A stretch of 63,354 bases of DNA, filler included, from Reticulomyxa filosa (taxonomy: Eukaryota; Protista; Foraminifera): assembly GCA_000512085.1 (NCBI GenBank). It is 13 parts of 13 records of this genome, joined end to end, with 100 filler letters (N's around TTAATTAATTAA, not from the genome) between each part and the next. Parts side by side here need not be neighbours in the genome. Positions count along the whole stretch, not along the records: positions 9,430 to 14,488 come from ASPP01022642.1; positions 14,589 to 17,388 come from ASPP01028565.1; positions 17,489 to 20,638 come from ASPP01008186.1; positions 20,739 to 42,299 come from ASPP01012842.1; 9 more parts are not named here. One strand, given 5' to 3'. Below are positions 11,891 to 21,530 of this stretch, piece after piece. The first letter of the stretch is position 1. Every line of letters starts with the position of its first letter. Below the pieces are notes generated by a model, which saw only the letters and a program-made list of their open reading frames with translations, did no database searches and had not been told where the DNA came from. A program made the position numbers and the translations under genes.

Positions 11891-14418
11891 TCACACACCA
11901 CCAAGCTGTTGTTGTTGACTCTTATTTTGTTTATTGTTTTTTATGGCCTGCTTGCGAAATTTTGAGGCAGTTTTGTGAGCTTGCCGGAGTCGACGTTTGG
12001 AAACGTGATGCTCGGTTTTAATGTCTTCCTTTTCTTTAGTGTCTTCGGCCATCTCGTTCGGTGTTTCTAACAGTCTACACATATTATATAAAATATATTT
12101 TAAATTGAGTGAATCTCAAACCAAACAAAAGATTGGAATGTACGACATATTTTTTCCTCCCAAGTCTGATTTTGCTTGGTCGTCAAGACAACGGCATACC
12201 TATGATACGGACGTTGATCCTCATCGTCCGTGGCTGAGTCGCTCAATTGATGGATCAATTTCAAAGTGATATTTTTGACATTTTTTGGTTTTCGTTTTTT
12301 ATGACTTTGGGCTTGACATTGCTTTTCATAACTTTCAGAAACGGTGATACGACTTACTTGGACTTGTCCTGGTTTTTGCTCGGTACAAAGAATGAACTCT
12401 CTTTCTTTCCATTGCTCTTTTAGCTCGCAATCCACCGAAGAAGAAGGGTTTAGAGCCTGTTTCAAACGGTTTGCCATTTTGAAAGACTGACAAAGTTTAT
12501 TTTTAGGTGTCAAACTGCCTCCAACACCTCGGTTTATTTCGTCCAGTCTGGATTTGAAATCTTTGGTGGCCTCTTGCACTTTTTCTTTTTCTTCGCTGTT
12601 TTGTTTCGTTTTGCCTATCATGCCATCATTTTTGGCGTCTTCCGCTGGCGGAGTCGAATACGACGAATTCCAGTCCGGAAGTGGCTCGTCGTTGTATCGT
12701 GCCAATATATCATTGACACGGTTTTGCAATAGGCTGTCCACATGTTTCATGTTGGCAAACTCTTTGATAAGCTTTTCTTTGAAGCTTTTCACAAATGAGA
12801 GTCCGCCCTTCTCTTGAAACTCTTCGCATCGCCTCTTTCGTTCACTTCCATCCAATCTTTTTTTTTTTTAAAAAAAAAGTGGTACATATCGCTACGTACA
12901 ATGTATGTACATACGTAAAAGAAGGGGCTCCAAAACTGTTGTAAGTACTTTGCACACGTATCCAACAATTCACAAATGGCAAAAACAGGGAAGCGATCAT
13001 TTTGCTTTAGTCGCGCAGACAAAGATTTGTCGACGAACTCCAAAACGCTAAGAGTCGTGTCGAAGTTGATACCTTGGTTGACATAAAGCTCTCCCAAATA
13101 TTTCATGCACGACAGATGGTAAGAGCTTTGACTGGAGTCGTTACTGTCCATTGCCATTTCGATTTGTTCCACAATAGCATCCGACAACTCTGTTCCGATG
13201 AGATGCTCTTCTATTAACTTGGAAGCGACAGCGGCCATTACTTCGATGTGACTGTAGTGAACACATAATTTCCAATGCAATAACAATAATAACAATAATA
13301 ATAATAATAATAAATGTATGTGTCAATTATTGATTGGGTAAGATACTAAAAGGCGATAGAAAAAGGAGTATATAATGTATACGTATACACATACACATGC
13401 AACTCCCTGTATATATTTGTACGCATGTTTATCAAAAGTTAACTCATCCGACAACAACCGGAAATCAAAAAAAGTGGCGATGATGAACTTTCGGGTTGGA
13501 ACATCGTCCCAAGGCATTTTATGTAGCTGTTCCAACATACGTGGTTGCGAATAAGTTTTACTCCAAACTAAGTTGCGGATATATTGTTGAATGTTCGTGA
13601 GTGGCTCTCTTTTTATACGTGCGGAGGGTCCCGTACCTTTGGCTTCCTTTGTTTCCTCTTTTTTGTCTTCCTCTTTCTTTTCTTCTTCTTCTTCCTCCTC
13701 CTCCTCCTCCTCTTCCTCCAAAATACACTTTGGCATCTCTCTTCCCATACTTAAATACAGCTGTGTGATCAATTGTCGCCATTCCTCTTTCATCGTCTTC
13801 AAGTGTTCAATACTTTCATTATCCTCCATATCTTCTTTCATGTCACTCATTTGCTTTCTATTTTTTTATTTTATTTTATTTTTCAAAAAAAAAAAAAAAA
13901 AAAGGTGTGTAAAAGTGACGTACACACAAATAAACTGCAATTCTTGTGAAAATTTGCAATACAATGGATAGGCGCAATCGTCTACGTATTTATCGAGTAC
14001 GTGTCGCAATTGTTGTCGCTGTTCGTCGGAGAATATACCGTGCAAGCGGGGGACATTGTCGCAGTTGGCATGTGCGTCACCTCCCAGCAATTGCATGTCG
14101 TCTCGTACAGACGTAGGGCAATAGCCGGCACACTCTTCGCCGCAATAATCGACAACATCGCGTATCAAATGGAGGGTGTGCTTGGCAGCCCCCTCGTGCA
14201 GCTGCACTTGGTCGAGCAAAAAGCGTCGGTTTTCGACATCGCTTTCTGTTTCTTCCTTCGTGTCCTCGCCAAGCGGACACGACAAAAGGTACTTACTCGA
14301 CGTCTCCATATCTAATATACTCGTTATCGCATTCAGCAAACAGGACACGTCGTCAATGGCTCCAACATAGATCAGCTCCGCCAACAAACGCAAGGTCATT
14401 TTGTGACGACTGAGTAAT
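11891..14418 (-). CDS. UPF2: UPF2/NMD2-like MIF4G protein, 5'-partial, lacking MIF4G-2
   Basis: MIF4G-1 motifs TLRLLAELIYVG and VVDYCGEECAGYCP. MIF4G-3 motifs IQQYIRNLVW...LHKMPWDD, CMKYLGELY and ICELLDTCAKY. Confidence 0.8.
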
Positions 14419-14488
14419 CTGATTTTTATCCATTCAAAAACAAATATATAAACATTTTGCTATAAAATTACATGTACATATATATGTA

Positions 14489-14588
14489 NNNNNNNNNNNN
14501 NNNNNNNNNNNNNNNNNNNNNNNNNNNNNNNNTTAATTAATTAANNNNNNNNNNNNNNNNNNNNNNNNNNNNNNNNNNNNNNNNNNNN
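14489..14588. other. Artificial contig spacer
   Basis: N44-TTAATTAATTAA-N44. Confidence 0.98.
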
Positions 14589-14711
14589 TTCCTCTATTAT
14601 ACTTCCCCATGATTCTCCCAGGATACTATTTAAAAAGTCTTTCATTATTCCCTTATCTGAAAATACCTTCTTAAATGCCAGGTCATTTGTTGCATCCAGA
14701 TATCTGCTCAT
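14589..14711 (-). CDS. Rpn family recombination-promoting nuclease / PD-(D/E)XK putative transposase, N-terminus (bacterial)
   Basis: MSRYLDATNDLAFKKVFSDKGIMKDFLNSIL is the typical Rpn N-terminal motif. AGGAAAGAG lies upstream of the ATG. Cut by the contig end. Confidence 0.85.
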
Positions 14712-14938
14712 CTCTTTCCTATTCAATCTAATTTTATGTTTTTATATGGTAACATACCTACCATAAATTAATAGCAGGTAATACGAGCTACTAGCTCTGT
14801 AGCAACATATGTTTAAATAACTCCACCGCGCTTATAACCATTCTAAAGCGAGTAACTCATTACAGTTATGTAAAAGGCAACTTAATGCCATAGGAGAGGA
14901 GTTTGCTCTGAGGTACTTATCTCCGTTAGATTAATATA

Positions 14939-15154
14939 ACTCGAGTTGTGCTAAGGATATGGTAAGCTATTGTTATATAAAAAATTTCAATTGTTTGGTT
15001 TTTATATAATTTCTAGTATTTTCTTATAGAAGTGGCATTTTTCCTGCCTTTTTAGGTTCAGGTTGTGAATGAATCATTTGGGTATGACAGCTTTCGTTTT
15101 TGTTAAATCCTTTATTATTCAATAAGTTACCTTGTCCTTAAGTGCAACTCGGGT
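14939..15154. mobile_element. MITE / IS remnant with IS982-like terminal inverted repeats
   Basis: Left end ACTCGAGTTGTGC-TAAGGATATGGTAAGCTATTG versus reverse complement of the right end ACCCGAGTTGCACTTAAGGACAAGGTAACTTATTG: 27 of 35 columns identical. No internal ORF. Confidence 0.6.
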
Positions 15155-15271
15155 TAGTAATAGCTGGGATTTTGCATAATAGAGCATTAGATACTTGTAT
15201 GAAGCTAAATCGCTTGCGTATAAATTAAGGTATGTTATGTTTTTGAGGCTAAATTAAATAAGTAAAGGAAA

Positions 15272-15331
15272 ATGGCAACAGGAAAAGTAAAGTGGTTCAA
15301 TACTGATAAAGGCTATGGATTTATGTGTTGA
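15272..15331 (+). pseudogene. csp: Truncated bacterial cold-shock protein (CspA family) fragment
   Basis: AAGGA ribosome-binding site, then MATGKVKWFNTDKGYGFMC*, with the stop straight after RNP-1. Confidence 0.8.
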
Positions 15332-15410
15332 TTTTGTAAGATATAATTAATAAGAAAAGTGGTTTTATATATCTTTGTTGTAGCAAATTAATAAAATAAG
15401 AGGAGAAGAA

Positions 15411-16151
15411 ATGAAAAGGATAAGTTTGAGTACTATGTTGCTATGTATGGCTATGAGTAATGCGGTAGCTGGTGAAAGCAAGGAAGTGAGTGAAACTAAG
15501 AATTATGTAGCTTTGAGGGGCGGGCATCTTTGGGATAAACCAACAAGCGGGAAAGATCCGCACGCCCGTGCCTGGTTTAATACAATCGCTATAGGTCGCA
15601 GTTTCTCTAATAATACGAGAGCAGAAGTTGAAGGAATAATGCAGTATAATTTTAAAAGCAAAAAGCTACAAGATGAAACTGTAAGTATGTATGATATGAA
15701 AGATGGCGTCATGAAAACAATGACCACACATGCTTCAAAAGCAAAAGTTACTGCTAGACCATTTGGAGCTTTTTTAAATGGCTATTATGATTTTTCAAAA
15801 TTTTTGATATTTAGACCATATATTGGAGCAGGTATTGGCTTTATGAGAGAACAGGAAAAGGTAAACGTGCCATACACTCTCTATACTGAGGATAGGCTAA
15901 GTCGCGACAGTGTCTTGTCCTCGAAGAGCAAACCTTTTTATCATGTGGCTGGGCAATTAGGCGCTGGAACAACTATAGAGTTAAATAAAAACATGGCGAT
16001 AGAAGCTGGGTATAGAATGATCGCCTTGAGCAAAACAACTGCAAAATATAAAGTCACTGACAATTTTACTAAAGAAGCCGGACACGGAAAAGTTAAAATT
16101 AAACCTTCATTACAACATATGGCGATGGTTGGACTTAAGGTAAGTTTTTAA
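15411..16151 (+). CDS. Outer-membrane 8-stranded beta-barrel protein (opacity/OmpA-like/surface-antigen family)
   Basis: AGGAG ribosome-binding site, signal peptide, motifs RAEVE, FLNGYYDF, RPYIGAGIG and IEAGYR, C-terminal Phe (GLKVSF), no introns. Confidence 0.85.
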   Translation: MKRISLSTMLLCMAMSNAVAGESKEVSETKNYVALRGGHLWDKPTSGKDPHARAWFNTIAIGRSFSNNTRAEVEGIMQYNFKSKKLQDETVSMYDMKDGVMKTMTTHASKAKVTARPFGAFLNGYYDFSKFLIFRPYIGAGIGFMREQEKVNVPYTLYTEDRLSRDSVLSSKSKPFYHVAGQLGAGTTIELNKNMAIEAGYRMIALSKTTAKYKVTDNFTKEAGHGKVKIKPSLQHMAMVGLKVSF

Positions 16152-16384
16152 AGACTTATTAAGCTGGCTTTATGTTATGTCACGTTTTGAATTAGGCACA
16201 TGAGTTTAGAAAAACAGTAATAAATAGAAGTGTAGTATTAGCCACATAAAAAAGGCTAGAATTGCATCCTAACGATTTATTGCACTTGTCCTGTTGACTT
16301 ACACAAGCCATAAAGGATTATAAGCATTGTCTGCTTTCTTCTAGAAGTAATATTACATACTTTCAAGACAGGCTCTTAGTATTT

Positions 16385-17388
16385 TTAATTTTGCGATGAA
16401 GTCTCGTTCGCTCCATACTTGGTGAAAAATGAGACTGCATCTATATTTTTAGGATCTATTTTTATTAATTTTGCATATTTCTCTCTCGCCAAATCTATCT
16501 TTCCCGCCTCTAGGTACATCCATCCAAGCATTTTATACGGATAGATACTTCCTTGAAGGAGCTCTTCTGCCTTTAAGTAACACTTCTCTGCTAGTTTAGG
16601 ATTGCTCTTATCAGCATATACATGAGCAAGGGACATATAAAGCTCTCCATCTTCAGGAGTGATTCTAATTGCCTCTATATATTGTTGCACTGACAACTCA
16701 TAGAATCTTTTCTCTTTTTTTTGCCATCTTCGCTTTTTGTAGCTCCTCGCATTAGATGCTAGCCATGAATAAATAGCCCCAAGAGCAATACGGGGGTCTG
16801 CAAAATCAGGATCTAATTCTACTACTTTTAATAGCTGCTTTGCTGCCTGATCTCTATCCCAATAATAATTCATATATATAAAATAAAGATAATAGTAGAG
16901 CTCTATGCTTTTAGGACTTTGTTCTATAGCTTTTTTGATATATGCTTCTGCAAGCTTATAGTCACCTTTAGTATAGCAAACGAGTCCAAGTTCAGTATTT
17001 GCCTCATAATCATCTGAATTAAGTGCAAGAGCCATTAATGCTTCTTTCTCAGCCAATTCTAATTTTCCTTGATTTCTATACACTTTACAAAGTTTGCTAT
17101 GAGCAATGGAATCATTGGGAGCATTCTTAATAGTCTTTAGTAATGTTTTCTCAGCAAGTCCCCAATTCTCTGCTTCTATATATTTTTCCGCAATATTCAT
17201 GCTATCTATGCTTCTAAATAACATACTAACTATCGACCTTTTGCTTCTTGTAGCTGGTTTAACACAAGGTATCGGTATATATTTCCTAGCGGGGTCAACT
17301 TCTCCTTCAGTACCTTTTACTCTCACCCAATCTCCCTTCTTCAAATTAAACTTTGAATTGACTAAATTTTTGCCCACCACTACTTTAT
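16385..17388 (-). CDS. Bacterial TPR-repeat protein, 5'-partial
   Basis: Intronless 331+ aa ORF with tandem TPRs (e.g. ANTELGLVCYTKGDYKLAEAYIKKAIEQSP). Confidence 0.85.
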
Positions 17389-17488
17389 NNNNNNNNNNNN
17401 NNNNNNNNNNNNNNNNNNNNNNNNNNNNNNNNTTAATTAATTAANNNNNNNNNNNNNNNNNNNNNNNNNNNNNNNNNNNNNNNNNNNN
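17389..17488. other. Artificial contig spacer
   Basis: N44-TTAATTAATTAA-N44. Confidence 0.98.
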
Positions 17489-17519
<31 letters not shown>

Positions 17520-17599
17520 AAAAAAAAAAAAACTTATAACGTATAACTTATAACTTTTCAATTTTTCAATAAATCAAATCAAATCAAATACATACTTAG

Positions 17600-18390
17600 C
17601 ATCAAGACTCAATGCTATTCTCATACAATAGCGAGCAATATACTCGCGACGGCAGTAACAGCACATTGCGTGATGAAGCGAGTGGCTCTCCTGGACACAC
17701 TCCAGACTTTGACCCCTCATTGACACCCACGTCGGTGGCGTCTTCTGCGAGGAGTGTGCTGTCTCCTTTCCGCGCTGATGTGTCCGACTTGAAGTTGGGA
17801 GAGTCCTTGATCACGCCAAAGGTCAGCAAGCCGATGAGCGAAAATATCTCCGCGATGACCCCTGCTGTGCCTGTGATCACGTCGGCTGATTTGATGAGCT
17901 TAAATGCGGCCGCCGCCGCCGCCGCCGCTGCTTTGGCCAAAGCCGATAAAATGTCAAAGAAATTAAACAATATCCCCACTGGAGATGTGCTCGCCAGAGA
18001 CCCCAAACTGAGGGAGGGCTTTGCCAACAAAGAACTCTATTTCAAAGCCTTGTGGGTTCATGAAACAAAAAGACGCCCCCCACCTAATCCTTCGGCTCCG
18101 GACAAATTCATCGACGAATCGCTGTGGAGCAAAGGGCCTTCCATCACCGAAGATTGGGGAGCCGCTTTGGTCAATGCGCTCAACAAAAATGCTGATAATG
18201 AGAAAGATACCGACTTGGAAGGGTTTTTGAAAAATTTGGCCACCAGAGAGAAACAGAGAAATGGAAAAATGGAAAAACGAAGAAAACAGAAAAGAGAAAA
18301 AATGAAAAATTTCAAAGCAAAAATGGCATGGCTTTGTCTCTTGCCATTGATGAAGATAATGAAGACACTATCGTTACTATTGCTCGATGA
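17600..18390 (+). CDS. Hypothetical protein, last exon (Ser/Pro-rich, poly-Ala)
   Basis: GC-rich ORF after the CTTAG acceptor at 17599. A probable frameshift in the A-rich tract gives the end ...DEDNEDTIVTIAR*. Confidence 0.55.
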
Positions 18391-19512
18391 TACTTTTTTT
18401 TGAATGTGATCTTTTTTTTTTTAATACTATCCTCGGGGCTCAATGTTTGTTGATTGATAACACTGTGTGTAGTTTGTTGATTGAATCATTCCACTGAGGA
18501 GAAGGGAAAAAAAGCTGCACTATTCAATTTCATCAAGCCATTGATACACAACATCCTATGTTTTTTCAGTCTTCCGTTTTTTAAAAGGTCCCAACTTAAT
18601 TTGAAAGTTCAAACCAAACAAGAGCGCGCTGTCAAAAGTGCACTATGTGCAATAAACATTAGGCTGCAGGCATAAACTGGTCCGTGGCCTGCACCACTTC
18701 GATCGACGACTGATTGAACAGCATGTGGTTCAAATAGTTGATGATACCCAACTGAATCGCCGACCCGACAAAACCCTCCACCTGACGCGGACAAAAATTT
18801 CTCACACGTCGCTGTAATTAGATTCGAACTACTGGCCTGGACATGAACTTCCGTTTGTGTCGTCACAGTATTGTGCGTCGCTTTGTGTCAACACCACATA
18901 TACAAAACCTAACAATACTACCAGGATTTGGGAACACGCCGCCTTCACTGACTTTGTCGGTTTACTCGGGATTACACTTCGTCTTCGAGGTGGCACAAAC
19001 TTCCTCGACATCTTGTCCGATTCTAACTGCTTTTTTCCGCTTTCTGTCAACATTGTTGTTAGACAGATTCTTAGCAACTTAAACCAAAAGCATCACTTAT
19101 TTTTGATCTGTGTAAAAAGTCTTGAATAGATATAGGATCTTAATACAATAAGTGTCTGTTACTTTTTTTTTCCGCTTAAAAATCATGTTTTTATTATTAA
19201 TTTGATAAAAAAGTTGAATGTATTATGTTTATAATAATTTTTTTAAAAAAAAAATTAGATCAGACAATTACAGTATTGCGATAGGATAATTGTACTTATT
19301 CAAAGAATTTGCGTTGACTTAAAAATCGATCAACAAGAATGAATGGATTAGGTTTCATGTTTCAAGATAAATGTTTCTCCAAATAAAAATGAAACCACTC
19401 CACACTTTGACACTAGTAACAAATATAGTTTTAACAAGTGAACTGATCTTGTGACTAATTTACTAAAACAAAGTTATTTATTTATTGAAAGTGAAATACA
19501 AAAAAGGAAATT

Positions 19513-20498
19513 TTAAAGTCCAGTCTTCAATTTTGCAAATCTTGCTTCCAAATCATCCACATCATTTCCATTAGAACCATCTGTAAGAACAAACCAATTA
19601 CAAAAATAAAAAACAAAACAAAAAAACGACGACAAAACACATAACTTGATTTCGAATTTGGTACATCTGGCAAATCTGATGGATCTGTTGACTTTGCATC
19701 GTCCAAATCAGAATGAGTAGAATAAGTTGTATTTGGTTGAGAGGGAAAATCACTGTTGGAAGGTCCAGGATATCCCATGACAGTGCCACTATGTGCATTT
19801 TCTGTTTCATGTATGTCGGGTTGTCGATTCGAATTTTCGATCTATATTCGTGAGTTAGTTTGCCAACAAGAAACATTACATCATTTCTTCTTCTTCATCT
19901 TTCCTTTTTCCTGTTCCTTTCTTTTTGCATTTAAATCACGCAAGAGATATAAACATGCCCTTTCTCTCACAACTAACTATATAATTTGCCAAAAATACAG
20001 CAGCTGCAATTTCAGCAGCATTTGCGCCTTGCTTTTTGCATATATCTTCTTTCTGTTTGTCATTCAACTCCCAATTGTCTGGATCTTTCAATAAGGCAAC
20101 GCATTTATTCACAACTTCTGGATTGCACTCATCCTTTTTTTTAATGAGGTTTTTTCCATTTGTAATTTTATCACAAATAAATGGGCATGCAAAAAAAAAA
20201 GATGCTAAAGAACTTTGTTATTTGGGACATCAATTCCAGCAGGTCTACGAAAAGTTATACGTAGAGGTAATCCACACGAGGCAGATTTGTCGAAAATGGT
20301 TTGAGCGCCCATGTCTTTGATATCAACCCCATTAAGTGCGATCAGCATTGAGCCAGGGACTACACCTTTGATCGCCGCCTGTGACTTGGATGCAATCGCA
20401 CTTACCCACAGATTCTTTCCATCTTCTGTCGGGGTCCAATTCATGCCAAAAGGTTTGGTATCGAATTCGATTGTATACTTTTGATTTGTTTCCACATG
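19513..20498 (-). CDS. PDZ-domain protein with Pex14_N-like segment and IST1-like MIM2/MIM1 tail, 5'-partial
   Basis: PDZ: KPFGMNW...LWVSAIASKSQAAIKGVVPGSMLIALNG...LRITFRR. Spliced C-terminus: DLPDVP...DVDDLEARFAKLKTGL*. Confidence 0.7.
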
Positions 20499-20638
20499 GG
20501 ATCATAAAAAAACACACCCCCCCCAAAAAAAAAATTTAGCATTATGGTTCTTTTTTTTTTTTTATGTATATGCAAACAAAATAAATTGAAAATGAAATTA
20601 TATACAGAAGCAAAAAAAAAAAAAAAAAAAAAGGGGGG

Positions 20639-20738
20639 NNNNNNNNNNNNNNNNNNNNNNNNNNNNNNNNNNNNNNNNNNNNTTAATTAATTAANNNNNN
20701 NNNNNNNNNNNNNNNNNNNNNNNNNNNNNNNNNNNNNN
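20639..20738. other. Artificial contig spacer
   Basis: N44-TTAATTAATTAA-N44. Confidence 0.98.
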
Positions 20739-21530
20739 CAACAACAACAACAACAAAGTAATCAGACAGCGACGACGACACAGGGATCAACGGATCATTG
20801 GGACTTGGAAGCGTATATTTGGAAGGAATTGCATAACAGGGACAGAGAGTGCAGTGACATATTTGTGCAATTGACCCATGGCAATGAGTGCGTGTATTGG
20901 TGCAAGATGATTGGGGACTTGTACCAAATCGAATGTGAGTTGATGGGAGACGACTCGATCGACTCGGATACCAAACTTATAAGCCAATGGAAAACACTTG
21001 GCTTTTATTCTATTGCTCAATGCATTGCTTGTCGACACTTGCAACCCTTTGCTCCTGTCGTCTTGGCTTTGGCCTTCAACTCCGCTAGGGTATACTTCCG
21101 TCTTCTTGCTCGACCGCAAACCGCCTTTCTTTCTCTTCTGCGTGCCTACATGCGCGCTGTCACATTCCTACAGTCACAAATGCCGGGCTTTGACGTCTTC
21201 TTGCGCAAATACAAATTGCTACCTGTTGTCCCTGCTTTCGCTGATACCAATGCGTCGAAATTCATTCTCTTTGAACAGCCTGAAGAAGAAGGAGAAGAGG
21301 AGGAAGTGACAGTAAGACTGAGAGTGGAAGCAGAACCGGAAGAGGATGAGGAGAAGCGGGAAAACAATGACGATAATGATGAGGAAAAAGAAGTCAAAAG
21401 AAACCTTTGTTCTGATAAAGAGAAAAAAATTGATCAAACTGTTCACGAATTTCAATTGAAACATAATGATACCTTACTTTTACTGCAACAGTTGCACCAT
21501 CAACTTACAAACTGGTTTCCTTTTCAATGA
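20739..21530 (+). CDS. Hypothetical protein, 3' part with acidic tail
   Basis: GC-elevated 241+ aa ORF running from near the contig start to the stop at 21530. Confidence 0.55.
   Translation, partial: QQQQQQSNQTATTTQGSTDHWDLEAYIWKELHNRDRECSDIFVQLTHGNECVYWCKMIGDLYQIECELMGDDSIDSDTKLISQWKTLGFYSIAQCIACRHLQPFAPVVLALAFNSARVYFRLLARPQTAFLSLLRAYMRAVTFLQSQMPGFDVFLRKYKLLPVVPAFADTNASKFILFEQPEEEGEEEEVTVRLRVEAEPEEDEEKRENNDDNDEEKEVKRNLCSDKEKKIDQTVHEFQLKHNDTLLLLQQLHHQLTNWFPFQ

Noticed and set aside
14489-17488. Horizontal transfer of bacterial genes next to UPF2
   Set aside because: The bacterial segment is its own contig between spacers
18600-19080. Short overlapping ORFs
   Set aside because: Stop-interrupted with no recognisable domain; probably decayed sequence
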